Source of the DNA: Myxococcota bacterium
GTDB lineage: Bacteria; Myxococcota_A; UBA9160; UBA4427
Assembly: GCA_965250285.1 (NCBI GenBank)
Contig: OZ252299.1
Span: 3,104,001 to 3,168,000 of the forward strand
Reading direction: 5' to 3'
DNA length: 64,000 nucleotides
Translations under genes and position numbers: made by a program
The notes under the pieces: model-generated
The model's input: only the letters and a program-made list of their open reading frames with translations
Told to the model about the DNA's origin: nothing
Database searches by the model: none
Shown: positions 10,088-20,753 of the stretch, one piece after another
Layout of the letters: each line of letters begins with the position of its first letter
Numbering within the stretch: the stretch's first letter is position 1

Positions 10088-11497
10088 TCAGAAGACGTAG
10101 CCCACGAGGAACTGCACCTGATCCGACACGACGCCCTCCTTCGCGACGAAGTTTCGGTAGTCGGTCTTGAACACGACGTTCGGAATCGGCTTGATCTGAA
10201 GGCCGACGGTATAGATGTTTCGGACGAAGTTCTCGTTGGCGACGTCCGACGACGCCATCCGGTTCTGGGTATCGAGCCGCTCGAAGCGGAAGTAGGGCTC
10301 GAGCGACGCCTTCGTTCCCTTCCAGAAGAGCGGCAGGATGTCGTAGGCGATCTCGCCGTAGCCGCCCAACAAACGCTTCGCGATCTGGTCGCCGGGCGCG
10401 TTGCCCAGCACGGAGTTCAGCTGCCCCGAGTCACCGATGAAGGCCTGAGTGAACAGACCTCGAATCGATACGCCGTATGCCTTGTACTCGGCGTGGACCT
10501 CGTAGATGGTCGTCAGCGTGAAGGGGACAGCGACCTCGGTGTTCGGATCGTTCGGGTTCACGATCATCTGGTTCTGTCCCGAAGGACCGATGTAGACCGA
10601 GCCGCCCATCGAGAGACCGCTGACGACGTCGACGTCGGCGCGACCAACCCAGGCCCAGTGATCGGCGAGGGCGCGCGACGCCTTCTGTCGACCGCCGCGG
10701 ATCCCGCTCACCGCGAAGCCCGTCGCGTTGAGGCCGTTCACGCCGTACATGCGGTAAGAGATGCGTCCGTCCGCGAACTGCCCGAAGATGCCACCGCCGA
10801 TCTCACGCCAGGTGGTGGGGATGATCTGGCGCTCGACCTCGGGGCGTTCCGCGCCGTAGAAGAACGTCGGCTCGTGAATCTCGTTGATGAAGCCCATCGG
10901 CAAGAGCACGACGCCGGCGCGCATGCCGTGGTTCTCGAGCGCCTGCCAGTCGACCGTCGCGAACTCGACAGAGAACGATCCGCCTTCGCTCGTGCTGCCG
11001 TGCTCGAGCTCGAGCTCGCTATTGAACAGCCACTTGTCGTTGAACTTGTAGCCGACGTAGAGCACCGCGCGCAGCGCGTCCGCTTCGGTGATCTTCCCCT
11101 CGGACCCCTCACCGACGAAATCGCGGACGCGGTACTCGCCGTAGCCGCCGATCGAGAGCCCCTGGTCCTTCCGATAGACCTTCGAAGCCGCCGGGCCGAA
11201 GCCCCAGACACTCTGAAGCTTCTCTTCTGGCACCGCTTCATCGGCGACGGCCTTGGAGAGCTCCGAGGCAAGGATGTCGACCTTTTCTTCGAGCTCGCTG
11301 ATCCGCTCCTTGTCCGAACGCGTGTCGTCTGTCTGCTCGTCGGTGTCGTCCGAACCGGAATCCGACGACTCGGCGTCGGTCTGTGCTTCAGGGGTGGCCG
11401 CCTCTTCTGGCTGCTCTTGTGCGCCCGCGTGCGTTGCGATGACGAGGGCCATGAGGGTCGCGGCCAGAACCCCGCCAACGCGTCTCCAGATGATCAA
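10088..11497 (-). CDS. outer-membrane beta-barrel porin (OprO/OprP-like) with N-terminal acidic/coiled-coil region
   Basis: Likely TTG start with GGGAAG RBS, signal peptide ending HAGA, coiled coil RISELEEKVDIL, amphipathic strands, NEIHEPTFFYGAERP, terminal GYVF. Confidence 0.8.
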   Translation of the reverse strand: MIIWRRVGGVLAATLMALVIATHAGAQEQPEEAATPEAQTDAESSDSGSDDTDEQTDDTRSDKERISELEEKVDILASELSKAVADEAVPEEKLQSVWGFGPAASKVYRKDQGLSIGGYGEYRVRDFVGEGSEGKITEADALRAVLYVGYKFNDKWLFNSELELEHGSTSEGGSFSVEFATVDWQALENHGMRAGVVLLPMGFINEIHEPTFFYGAERPEVERQIIPTTWREIGGGIFGQFADGRISYRMYGVNGLNATGFAVSGIRGGRQKASRALADHWAWVGRADVDVVSGLSMGGSVYIGPSGQNQMIVNPNDPNTEVAVPFTLTTIYEVHAEYKAYGVSIRGLFTQAFIGDSGQLNSVLGNAPGDQIAKRLLGGYGEIAYDILPLFWKGTKASLEPYFRFERLDTQNRMASSDVANENFVRNIYTVGLQIKPIPNVVFKTDYRNFVAKEGVVSDQVQFLVGYVF

Positions 11498-11610
11498 CTG
11501 CTTGCTTCCCGTCGCGGAACGCTCGCCCGCCTCGATCGGTGTCCATCCGGCGACGTGGAGGCCCCTCGCCTCCCGTCTCGAACTCCGGATCAGTCCCGTC
11601 CATGAATGCC

Positions 11611-11629
11611 GAAAATGAAAATCACTTTC
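11611..11629. promoter_or_regulatory. Fur-box-like site
   Basis: GAAAATGAAAATCACTTTC matches GATAATGATAATCATTATC at 15/19 positions; AT-rich island about 115 nt upstream of the porin start. Confidence 0.7.
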
Positions 11630-11819
11630 GATTTCACCAGGGCGCACAGGATTAACCGATCCCCGGGGCGCTGACAACGGTCAGTCGCCCCAAGCGGGAT
11701 GTGGGGTATCAGTGACACCCTGACGGGCGAACTTTCGCGACTGGAATTGGGCGGTTGGCGACCCGAAGCGGATCGCTGCACCCGCCGAAACGGGGCGGCG
11801 GCGGCGCCTGGCCGCCCGC

Positions 11820-12512
11820 TCAGCCCCCGAACAGCACCCCGTGATACGCCCGCAGCACGACCGTCAGGCCGACGCCGACGATGGGGACCCAGATCGGCGC
11901 TTCTTTGAACCCCTGCATCGCGGCGCCGACGCCGCCACCAAAGGGCAGGAGCGGCGTGGCCTCGACGAAGCGGACGAAGGGCTCGCCCAGGGTCTGCTGC
12001 TTTCGATAGTCCTGATGGATCGACCCGGCGACCGAGAAGGCGGCGATCCCGCCGAAGAACGCCACGTCGGTGGCGAACGGGTTCACCATGAGATGCGCCA
12101 GCCCGAGGAGGGCCGCCGCCATGAAGACACCGTGGCGTGTGACGCGCTGCAGGCCGGAGGGCTGCATCGCGGCGGGGTCTGGCGCTTCGCCGGGCTTGCC
12201 CATCGCAGCCGGGCTGCGCCGGGCGAGGCCCCCGACGAGCAGCGTCATCGACAGCGCCATCAGGCCGTACTGCAGCCAGAGCCAGGGCGTCGCGCGAACC
12301 AGCGGGTAGAGCATGGCGCCCTCGTGCTTGTGATCCCAGTACACCATCACGAGCGGCACGAAGACCACCAGAGCGACGACCGAATAGACGCCGGCGAATC
12401 CCGCTTCACCGAGCACCCCGACCAGCTTCGGTCGCACCGGCAGGCTCGACATCCCCATGTGGGTCACGGCGAAGGCGACCCAGAGCAGGATGATCTCGAG
12501 CGTCGGATCCAT
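11820..12512 (-). CDS. NnrU family membrane protein
   Basis: FAVTH, AGVYSVVA, GLQRVTRHGVF, LAHL, HQD.RK, TPLLPF; start overlaps upstream stop (TGATG). Confidence 0.8.
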   Translation of the reverse strand: MDPTLEIILLWVAFAVTHMGMSSLPVRPKLVGVLGEAGFAGVYSVVALVVFVPLVMVYWDHKHEGAMLYPLVRATPWLWLQYGLMALSMTLLVGGLARRSPAAMGKPGEAPDPAAMQPSGLQRVTRHGVFMAAALLGLAHLMVNPFATDVAFFGGIAAFSVAGSIHQDYRKQQTLGEPFVRFVEATPLLPFGGGVGAAMQGFKEAPIWVPIVGVGLTVVLRAYHGVLFGG

Positions 12513-13600
12513 CAGGCGACACCCTCTTCGATCCACGCTTCGAGATCGTCGGGCAGACCGCGATCGAACTTCATCTGCTGGGCGCGCTCCTCACCGAAGT
12601 TCGCGGCGAACATCTGCCTGAAGTGCCCTTCGATGCGCTCGCTGAAGAGCCCGATCGACTTGAGCGTCGGGATCACGAAGCCCGATACGGGCCCCATCGT
12701 GCCGCCCGTTCGCTGCAGCTCGGCGTGCATCTTCTCGCGCTCGGCGGCCAGCTCCTGGAACACCGCTTGCGGATCGAGCCCATTCTGCGCCCAAACAGCC
12801 AGCATCGAGTCACGCATGGTCGAGCCACCGCGCGAGTCGATCAGCATGCGTGCGGCCTCGAACGCGAAATCTTCGAGCTCGGTCAGCGTCGCGTCGTCGA
12901 GTGTGCCCGTGATATGCGAGAGATACTTCACGCCGTAGGCCGTGTGGCGCGCCTCGTCGCGCGACACGAGCGTGAGCAGCTGCTTGAGCAACGGCTCTTC
13001 GGTGGCGTTGCGCATGTCGCGGAAGACGTGCAGCGCGAGGCCCTCGATCACGACGTTCATGCCCACGGCCTTATGCATCCAGCTCTCGCTGCCGATGGTG
13101 GCGTCGAGCAGCCGCTTGAGCGGCTTCATGATCGGGTTCACGTCGTCGAGCAGCTTGATGTACTGCGCGAAGACCTCGACGTGGCGCGCCTCGTCGACGG
13201 TCTGTGTCGCCGCGTAGAACTTGGCGTCCATGTCGGGGACGGCGTTGACGAGCTCGCTCGCGACGAGCAGCGCCCCTTGCTCGCCGTGCAGAAAGTTCGA
13301 AAGGAGGAAGGCCGAGCTCTGGCTCGAGATCTTCCAGCGCAGGTCGGGATCGAGGTTCTTCCACCAGTTGGTCTTCTGCACCGGGAAGCCACCGATCGAG
13401 AAGCTCTTCGAGAAGCGTTCCTTGTCGATGCCGCGATCCCAGTCGAGATCGCGCACGGCGATCCACTGGCGGTCGAGAGCGTTCGCGTACAGGGTGCGGA
13501 GCTGGTCGACTTCGCCCTCGTAATTCCAGTTGAAGATCGCGTTCAGACCGACCTCGACCTCGTCGGTGGCGGGCGGGGACGGCGGCAGCTCAGCAGACAT
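12512..13600 (-). CDS. ferritin-like diiron protein (AurF/RNR-R2-like fold)
   Basis: FLHGEQGAL, DEARHVE, IEGLAL, DEARH carboxylate/His diiron ligands. Confidence 0.85.
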   Translation of the reverse strand: MSAELPPSPPATDEVEVGLNAIFNWNYEGEVDQLRTLYANALDRQWIAVRDLDWDRGIDKERFSKSFSIGGFPVQKTNWWKNLDPDLRWKISSQSSAFLLSNFLHGEQGALLVASELVNAVPDMDAKFYAATQTVDEARHVEVFAQYIKLLDDVNPIMKPLKRLLDATIGSESWMHKAVGMNVVIEGLALHVFRDMRNATEEPLLKQLLTLVSRDEARHTAYGVKYLSHITGTLDDATLTELEDFAFEAARMLIDSRGGSTMRDSMLAVWAQNGLDPQAVFQELAAEREKMHAELQRTGGTMGPVSGFVIPTLKSIGLFSERIEGHFRQMFAANFGEERAQQMKFDRGLPDDLEAWIEEGVA

Positions 13601-13793
13601 CGTGGGACTCCATCCGGCGGGCGCAGGGGCGATCGAGAGGCGAAAGGCCTCGCTCGATTCCGGAGAAGTTCACCCGCGAGGACGGGCTTGTCGATCGGCT
13701 GGGGCGGGATCTGGCGCCGCGACGCGGCGCGCATTCACTGCGGCCAAGGGCCGAGGCAGCCCGAGAGGCGAAAAAAAGACGAATATGATGGGC

Positions 13794-13819
13794 AAAAAGA
13801 AACCCGCTCGAGGCGGGCT
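13794..13819 (-). terminator. intrinsic terminator
   Basis: Minus strand AGCCCGC-CTCGA-GCGGGTT followed by TCTTTTT. Confidence 0.7.
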
Positions 13820-13844
13820 AAAACGATCAGCGAGTAACCTCAAA

Positions 13845-13872
13845 AGAATAGCACTGATCTGATCTTCGTCAA
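13845..13872 (-). promoter_or_regulatory. sigma70-type promoter with extended -10
   Basis: Minus strand TTGACG, 16 nt, TATTCT preceded by TGc. Confidence 0.55.
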
Positions 13873-14020
13873 TAGGGCGCGCGGCGATTGTCGATATTCG
13901 GGCCCATTCGACTCCAACCGGGGTGCACCTGCGCGCTGAGCGGGTCGACGCGGCCCGAATTCGGCCCCGCGTGAACGCCGATCTTGCACCGTCTCGACAT
14001 CGCGCCGCGAGCCGGCCGCT

Positions 14021-15343
14021 ATGTTCCGCCGCCTCATGAGCCCGCCCTCGCGCTCCGTATCGGCCGCACGCCGCAGCCGCTCTCGACGTCCCCCCATCGT
14101 CGCGTGGACCGCTCTGGCGCTGTGCCTCGCCACGCTCGGCTCCGGGCCCGGCCACGCCCACGGCCGCAGCCTCAGCCACTCGAGCTGGACGCTCACCGAA
14201 ACCGGGGCCGACGTCCGCGTGCGGGTATCGCTGCTCGAGCTGAGCCGCTTGGGCATCGCGCTGCCGCTCCGGGGCGCCGGCTCGTCCCCCGAAACCGTTG
14301 CGGGCATCGGCCGTCTGCTGGCCGCTCACGTGCGGCTGATGGGTCCCTCGGGCCCCTGCGAGCCCACGGACACGCCCCGCCTGCACCCCGACGCCGAGGG
14401 CACGCTGCAGTACCGGTGGAGCGTCGTCTGCGCCGAGTCGGGCACACGCACGATCGAGAGCGACCTCTTGCTCGCTGCGGCGCCTTCCCACATGCACTTC
14501 GCGCGCCTGATGCTGCCGGGCGGCGGCGTGCGCGAGCGCGTTCTGGTCGAGGGCTCGTCGGCCTGGGCCGTCGTCGGCGACGTCGACGCCGGCGGCGACA
14601 CCGAAACGAGCGACGTCGCCGCGGGCTCGGGCTTCGTCGACTACGTCGGCCTCGGCATCGAACACATCCTGACCGGCTGGGATCACCTCGCCTTCGTCTT
14701 CGCGTTGATCCTGCTCGCGCGGCGCGTCGGCGAGGTCGTCCGCCTCGTGACCGGCTTTACGCTCGCTCACAGCCTCACGCTCGCGCTCGCGGTGCTCGGC
14801 TTCGTGCAGCCCGTCGGTCATGCGGTCGAAGCCGTGATCGGGTTCTCGGTGGCGCTCGTCGCCGCCGAGAACGCGTGGCTGCTCGGCGGCCGTGACCGCG
14901 TCGTGCCGGTCGCATCCGTGCTGCTCATCGCCGGCGTCGGCTTCGCGGGCCTCCTCGCACCCGCCGCCCTGCCCTGGCTCACGCTCGCGGGCCTGGCCGT
15001 CTTCACGGCGTGTCACTTCGCGCTCCTCGACCGATCGGCCGATCACTCGACCTGGCGCATCGCCCTCGCCTTCGCGTTCGGGCTGGTTCATGGCTTCGGC
15101 TTCGCGGGCATCCTCGCCGAGATGTCGCTGCCCACCGACCGGCTCGTCCCGGCGCTCTTCGGGTTCAACGTGGGCGTCGAGGTCGGTCAGCTCGCCGTGG
15201 TGGTCGTGGTGTGGCCGTTGCTCCGTGGGGTCGAGCGGCTGGGTGGTGCACGAGTGGCACAGTGGACGCCTGAACTCGCTTCGGCCGCGGTGTGCGGACT
15301 CGGTCTCTACTGGTTCGTGCTGCGCGGCCTCGGGCTGGGCTGA
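14021..15343 (+). CDS. HupE/UreJ family protein
   Basis: Signal peptide plus AH, LGIEHILTGWDHLAF, FTLAHSLTL, FGLVHGFGFA, FNVGVEVGQL. Confidence 0.88.
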   Translation: MFRRLMSPPSRSVSAARRSRSRRPPIVAWTALALCLATLGSGPGHAHGRSLSHSSWTLTETGADVRVRVSLLELSRLGIALPLRGAGSSPETVAGIGRLLAAHVRLMGPSGPCEPTDTPRLHPDAEGTLQYRWSVVCAESGTRTIESDLLLAAAPSHMHFARLMLPGGGVRERVLVEGSSAWAVVGDVDAGGDTETSDVAAGSGFVDYVGLGIEHILTGWDHLAFVFALILLARRVGEVVRLVTGFTLAHSLTLALAVLGFVQPVGHAVEAVIGFSVALVAAENAWLLGGRDRVVPVASVLLIAGVGFAGLLAPAALPWLTLAGLAVFTACHFALLDRSADHSTWRIALAFAFGLVHGFGFAGILAEMSLPTDRLVPALFGFNVGVEVGQLAVVVVVWPLLRGVERLGGARVAQWTPELASAAVCGLGLYWFVLRGLGLG

Positions 15344-15387
15344 TCCCCCCTCCCCTCGCGTTCGATTTGGACTGCTAGATTCGCGCC

Positions 15388-16377
15388 ATGCGCAAGTGGG
15401 CGATCATCGTTCCCCTTCTTCTCCTGGCGATCTACTTCGGTCCTTTCCTGTGGAAGAGCCAGGTCGGCGAGTGGGGACCGGGCGACGAGGTGCGGGCCGA
15501 TCGAGGCCGACTCGTCGAGCTCGCCGATGGCCGTGCCCTCAACGTCCACGATCGCGGTGAGGGTCCGCCCATCGTGTTGATTCACGGCTGGGCCTCGAAC
15601 GCAGACGACTGGGCCGAGGTGCCCGAACTGCTCGTCGAACGCGGGCACCGCGTCATCTGGTACGACCGCCCCGGCTATGGCTACTCGACCCGCGATCGCT
15701 CGAACGAGGGCAACTTCTCGCTCGCCTCGAACGCGCGAGACCTCGTGCAGCTGCTCGACGCTCTGGGGCTCGAGCGCGCGGCGCTCGTCGGATGGTCGTT
15801 CGGAGGCGGCGTCGCGCAGCGCGTGGCCATCGATCAGCCCGACCGCGTCAGCCATGTCGGGCTGGTCGGCTCGGTCGGCCCGCGATCGACACCCCCCGAC
15901 GCCGATGGCCAGACCGAGCTCGTCGATCGCATCCTGCACTCGCCCCTCGCCGTGCCCTTCCTCGATTGGGTCTCGAACGTCCCGCCGATCGCCTTCGCCG
16001 TCACAGAGCAGAGCGTGGCCGAAGCATTCTCGGGCAACGAGAACGTGCCGACCGGCTGGACGATCTACACCCAGGCGATGCTCGCGCTGCCCGGCACCGC
16101 GGACGCGATGGCCGGCGAGCTGCAGCGAAACGAGACGAACCCCGACCCGGCTCGCATCACGCAACCCACTCTGATCATCCACGGCAGCGATGACGCGCTG
16201 GTGCCCTTTACGGTCGCCGAGGCGATCGATCGCGCCGCGCCCGACTCGGCCCTCGAAGCGGTCCTCGGCGGTAGCCACATGTTGCCGGTCACCGATGGCA
16301 AGCGCGTCGCCGACCTGATTCACGAGCTCGTCGGGACCGCATACCGCGAGGGGCAGCTCCCCGGTCAACCCGATTGA
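15388..16377 (+). CDS. alpha/beta fold hydrolase
   Basis: LIHGW, DRPGYGYS, GWSFGG nucleophile elbow, HGSDD, SH catalytic His; N-terminal anchor. Confidence 0.9.
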   Translation: MRKWAIIVPLLLLAIYFGPFLWKSQVGEWGPGDEVRADRGRLVELADGRALNVHDRGEGPPIVLIHGWASNADDWAEVPELLVERGHRVIWYDRPGYGYSTRDRSNEGNFSLASNARDLVQLLDALGLERAALVGWSFGGGVAQRVAIDQPDRVSHVGLVGSVGPRSTPPDADGQTELVDRILHSPLAVPFLDWVSNVPPIAFAVTEQSVAEAFSGNENVPTGWTIYTQAMLALPGTADAMAGELQRNETNPDPARITQPTLIIHGSDDALVPFTVAEAIDRAAPDSALEAVLGGSHMLPVTDGKRVADLIHELVGTAYREGQLPGQPD

Positions 16378-16411
16378 CGAACCGCCGACTGGCCGGCACA
16401 CACGGGCCCCC

Positions 16412-17215
16412 ATGGATCTGAAGCTCGACGACAAGACCGCGCTGGTGAGCGGTGCCCACCGCGGCACCGGCAGCGAGATTGCACGCGAGCTCGCGCGAGA
16501 GGGCGCCTATGTGCTCGTGCACGGCTTCGAAGCCGGTCAGGCGGCGCCGGTCGTCGAGAGCATCCGCGACGCGGGCGGCCGCGCCGACGAGGTCTGGGGC
16601 GAGATCCGAGAAGACGCCGGCGCGGACGAGCTGCAAGAGGCGGTCTTCGCGATGACCCCGCGCGTCGACGTGCTCGTGAACAACTACGGCGTCGCAGAAG
16701 GCGGCGGCTGGTTTCGCTCCGAGACCGCAGACTGGATCGACCAGTACCAGAAGAACGTGCTGTCGGCCGTGCGGCTGGTCGAGGCCTTCGCGCCCGCGAT
16801 GAAGCAGCACGGCTGGGGCCGGGTCATCTTTCTCTCCACCATCGGAGCAACCCGCCCCGCGGCCCGCATGGCCCATTACTACGCCGCCAAGACGGCCCTG
16901 CTCGCGGCGTCGGTGAGCCTCGCCCAGCGTCTCGCCGACACCGGCATCACGGTCAACACGGTGAGCCCGGGGCTCATCGCCACCGACGAGGTGCGCGCGA
17001 TGCTCGAGCGCACCGCCGAGCGCGAGGGCCTGGCGGGCACACCGGCCGAGATGGAACGCGCCGCCATCGAACGGATCGCGCCGAACCCGATCGGCCGCGC
17101 GGCGCGCACCGAGGAGGTCGCGGCGCTCGTCGCGTTCCTCGCGAGCGACCGGGCCGGCTACATCCATGGTCAGAACCTGCGCATCGACGGCGGCGCCGTC
17201 GGCGTGGTGTCCTGA
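16412..17215 (+). CDS. short-chain dehydrogenase/reductase
   Basis: SGAHRGTG, LVNN, YYAAK, VSPG, IDGG. Confidence 0.9.
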   Translation: MDLKLDDKTALVSGAHRGTGSEIARELAREGAYVLVHGFEAGQAAPVVESIRDAGGRADEVWGEIREDAGADELQEAVFAMTPRVDVLVNNYGVAEGGGWFRSETADWIDQYQKNVLSAVRLVEAFAPAMKQHGWGRVIFLSTIGATRPAARMAHYYAAKTALLAASVSLAQRLADTGITVNTVSPGLIATDEVRAMLERTAEREGLAGTPAEMERAAIERIAPNPIGRAARTEEVAALVAFLASDRAGYIHGQNLRIDGGAVGVVS

Positions 17216-17248
17216 CGCCCCTTCGACGCGCCCGAAGGAGACACACAC

Positions 17249-17854
17249 GTGGCCGAGTGGCTCGAAAGCGCTTTCGAGCGGATCGACGCGGCGAACGCGC
17301 TCGATCCCAATCGCGTGACGTGGGCGGGTGATGCCCAACCGAAGGAGCTGGTGCACGCGTGGCGCGCGAGCCACTGGCTAACGCAGCTCACACCAGCCGC
17401 CGCCGGCGCCCTGCGCCTGGCGGTGCGGGCCCATCACCTCGAGCGCTGGACGCGGCCGCGCGACGCATTCCCGCGCGACCGCGCTGGCTACCTGCGATGG
17501 CGCAAGGCGGCGCAGCGCCACCACGCGGATCGCCTCGTCGAGCTGGTCGCCGGCCTGTCGGTGCCAAGCGACGTGCTCGAGCGCGCGCAGGCCCTGATCC
17601 AGAAGAGCCGACCGGTCGAGGGCGACGACGAGCACGCGGCCCAGGCCCAGACCTACGAGGACGTCCTCTGCCTCGTCTTCCTCGAGCAGCAGCTGGCCGA
17701 ATTCGCCGGGACGGTGACGCCCGAGAAGCTGCGCCACATCCTGGCGAAGACGCTGCCGAAGATGAGCCCCGACGCGGTGGGCCAGGCCGCGGCGCTGCCA
17801 CTCGATGCCGCACACCTCGAGCTCCTCCTCGAGCTCGTCGCCGAGCTCGACTGA
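17249..17854 (+). CDS. DUF4202-like protein
   Basis: IDAANALDP, PKEL, RAHHLERW..PR, GYLRWRK, EDVLCLVFLE, KT..KMS. Confidence 0.8.
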   Translation: MAEWLESAFERIDAANALDPNRVTWAGDAQPKELVHAWRASHWLTQLTPAAAGALRLAVRAHHLERWTRPRDAFPRDRAGYLRWRKAAQRHHADRLVELVAGLSVPSDVLERAQALIQKSRPVEGDDEHAAQAQTYEDVLCLVFLEQQLAEFAGTVTPEKLRHILAKTLPKMSPDAVGQAAALPLDAAHLELLLELVAELD

Positions 17855-17934
17855 GCCGCTCACCCCACCTCGGGCGACTGGGTTAGGCTCGATTTCCGCG
17901 CCGCACGAGGGCGACGCCCGACGACGGAGACTTC

Positions 17935-19359
17935 ATGGACTGGAACGAGTACCGACGACACGACGGGCTGGCGCTGGCCGACCTGGTCGCACGCGGCGAG
18001 GTCGAGGCGAGCGAGCTGCTCGAAACGGCGATCGAAGCGCAGTCGCGCATCGACCCGGCGCTCAACTCGGTCGTGATCGACCTGCACGACGACGCGCGGC
18101 GCGAGATCGAAGAGGGCCTGCCCAAGGGCCCGTTCCACGGGGTGCCGTTCCTGATCAAGGACCTGCATCTTCGGATGAAGGGCGTGCGCACCACCAACGG
18201 GTGCCGCTTCTTCGCCGACGACGTCGCCGACCACGACAGCGAGCTGATCAAGCGCTACCGCGACGCCGGACTCGTGATGTTCGGCAAGACGTCGAGCCCC
18301 GAGTTCGGTCTCATCACCTCGACCGAGTCGGTGCTCTTCGGCGCGACGCGCAACCCGTGGAACCTCGATCACACGTCCGGCGGCTCGTCGGGCGGTGCGA
18401 GCGCCGCCGTGGCGGGTGGCATCGTGCCGCTGGCGAATGCGAGCGACGGGGGCGGGTCGATCCGCATTCCGGCTGCGTGCTGTGGGTTGGTCGGCATGAA
18501 GCCGTCGCGCGGCAACGTGCCCTTCGGCCCAGACGCGGGCGAAGGCTGGAGCGGCATGTCGACGATGCATGCCGTGACGCGCAGCGTGCGCGACAGCGCG
18601 GCGCTGCTCGATGCGACGGGCGGCGCCGATCTCGGTGCTCCCTACGCTGCGCCGGCCAAGGAGCGCCCCTACCTCGACGAGGTCGGCCGCGCGCCCCGCA
18701 GCCTGCGGATTGCGCTCGTGACCGAATCGTTCAACGGCACCGACGTGCACCCCGACTGCGTCGAGGCCGCCGAAGACGCGGCCAAGCTCTGCGAGTCGCT
18801 CGGCCACCGCGTCGAGCCGATCACGGTCAAGGTCGACCGCGAGGCGTTGGCCGGCGCTTCGGGCTCGATCATCGGGGGCAACCTGCGCGCGACGCTCGAG
18901 CGCCGGGCGAGCGTCGTCGGCCGCGAGCCGGGCGAAGACGACGTCGAGCCGGTCACGCTGCAGATGTACCTGAACGCGGCCAACGCGACTGCCGCCGACT
19001 ACGCGCGCGGTCAGCTCGCCATCCACACCGCCGGGCGCGTGCTCGCGAACGTCCTCGACCACTACGACCTGATCCTGACGCCCACGATGGGCGCACCGCC
19101 CGAGAAGATCGGCGTGCTCTCGCTCGGCAATCCCAATACCGGCGAAATGATGGGCGCCCTGCTCCGCTCGGTGGGTTTCACTCAGCTCATCAACGGCACC
19201 GGCCAGCCCGCCATCTCGCTGCCGCTGCACTGGAACGCGGCCGGGCTGCCGATCGGTGTGCATTTCGTGGCCCCACTCGGCGGAGAGGGGCTGCTCTATC
19301 AGATCTCGGGTCAGCTCGAAGCAGAGCGCCCGTGGTTCGATCGCGTCCCCACCGTCTGA
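17935..19359 (+). CDS. amidase signature family protein
   Basis: [35 protein letters not shown]. Confidence 0.93.
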   Translation: MDWNEYRRHDGLALADLVARGEVEASELLETAIEAQSRIDPALNSVVIDLHDDARREIEEGLPKGPFHGVPFLIKDLHLRMKGVRTTNGCRFFADDVADHDSELIKRYRDAGLVMFGKTSSPEFGLITSTESVLFGATRNPWNLDHTSGGSSGGASAAVAGGIVPLANASDGGGSIRIPAACCGLVGMKPSRGNVPFGPDAGEGWSGMSTMHAVTRSVRDSAALLDATGGADLGAPYAAPAKERPYLDEVGRAPRSLRIALVTESFNGTDVHPDCVEAAEDAAKLCESLGHRVEPITVKVDREALAGASGSIIGGNLRATLERRASVVGREPGEDDVEPVTLQMYLNAANATAADYARGQLAIHTAGRVLANVLDHYDLILTPTMGAPPEKIGVLSLGNPNTGEMMGALLRSVGFTQLINGTGQPAISLPLHWNAAGLPIGVHFVAPLGGEGLLYQISGQLEAERPWFDRVPTV

Positions 19360-19499
19360 GCAGATCCGACCGCATGGGCGACGGACGACATCCTGGGCGA
19401 GCCGTCGTGAGCCGGGCGAGGTAAGCTCTGCGCCGCTGAAAATTTCTGTGCCACCCCGAGAACGCACCCGCAAACCGAAGAATCCTGGAGGATCCCCTC

Positions 19500-20696
19500 A
19501 TGGCGCGCGAAGCCGTCGTCGTCGAGAGCAAGCGGACCGGCCTGACCAAGGCCCATCGCGGCTCTTTCAACATCACCGAGCCGGTCGACTACCTGGCCCA
19601 CACCATCAAGGCCGTCGTCGACGCCGTCCCGAACATGGATCCGGGCGAGATCGAAGACGTCATCACCGGCACCGGCTTCCCCGAAGGCTGCCAGGGCATG
19701 AACATGGCCCGCATCGCGGCCATGGCGGCCGGGCTCCCCAAGGAGGTCGCCGGCGTCACGATCAACCGCTTCTGCTCGTCGGGGTCGCAGGCCGTCATGA
19801 TGGCCGCGAACCAGATCCTGCAGGAGGGCGCCGAGATCGCCATCGGATCGGGCGTCGAGACGATCACGATGATGCAGGACGGCACGCAGAACACGACGCG
19901 GCTGGCCAACGCCAAGGCCGCCGAGCGGTTCCCCGGCCTCTACTTCCCGATGGGTCTCACCGCCGAGATCGTCGCCGAGCGCTACGGCGTCTCGCGCGAA
20001 GATCAGGACGTGTACGCGCTGCAGAGTCAGCAGCGCTACGCCGAGGCCGAGAAGCAGGGTTTCGTCGGCGACGAGATCGCGCCCATGACCGTCACGCGCA
20101 AGGTCATGAAGAAGGGCGAAGAACCGTACGACGAGGAGTTCACCGTCGAGAAGGACGAGTGCAACCGCCCCGAGACGACGCTCGAAGGTCTGAACTCGCT
20201 GAAGCCGGTGTTCAAGCCCGCTGACGAGGGCGGCACGGTCACGGCCGGCAACGCCTCGCAGCTCTCGGACGGCGCTTCGGCGACGCTCCTCATGTCGAGC
20301 ACCAAGGCCGAGCAGCTCGGCGTCGAGCCGCTCGGTTACTACCGCGGGACCGCGGTCGCCGGCTGCGGCCCCGAAGAGATGGGCATCGGACCCGTCTTCG
20401 CCGTGCCGAAGCTGCTCGAGCGCCATGGGCTCACCATCGACGACATCGACATCGTCGAGCTGAACGAGGCGTTCGCCTCGCAGCTGCTCTACTGCCAGCG
20501 CGAGCTGAACATCCCGAACGAGAAGCTCAACCCGAGTGGCGGTTCGATCTCGATCGGCCACCCGTTCGGCATGACGGGCTCGCGCATGACCGGCCTGCTG
20601 TTGCGCCAGCTGAAGCGCACCGGCGGCAAGTACGGAATCGTGACCATGTGCATCGGCGGCGGACAGGGCCTCGCCTCGCTCTTCGAGGCTGCCTGA
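19500..20696 (+). CDS. acetyl-CoA C-acyltransferase (thiolase)
   Basis: [42 protein letters not shown]. Confidence 0.95.
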   Translation: MAREAVVVESKRTGLTKAHRGSFNITEPVDYLAHTIKAVVDAVPNMDPGEIEDVITGTGFPEGCQGMNMARIAAMAAGLPKEVAGVTINRFCSSGSQAVMMAANQILQEGAEIAIGSGVETITMMQDGTQNTTRLANAKAAERFPGLYFPMGLTAEIVAERYGVSREDQDVYALQSQQRYAEAEKQGFVGDEIAPMTVTRKVMKKGEEPYDEEFTVEKDECNRPETTLEGLNSLKPVFKPADEGGTVTAGNASQLSDGASATLLMSSTKAEQLGVEPLGYYRGTAVAGCGPEEMGIGPVFAVPKLLERHGLTIDDIDIVELNEAFASQLLYCQRELNIPNEKLNPSGGSISIGHPFGMTGSRMTGLLLRQLKRTGGKYGIVTMCIGGGQGLASLFEAA

Positions 20697-20753
20697 GCCG
20701 CCTCAGCGTTCGCGTCCGAACGGACGCGTGCCGCACCACGCGATCGTCACTTC

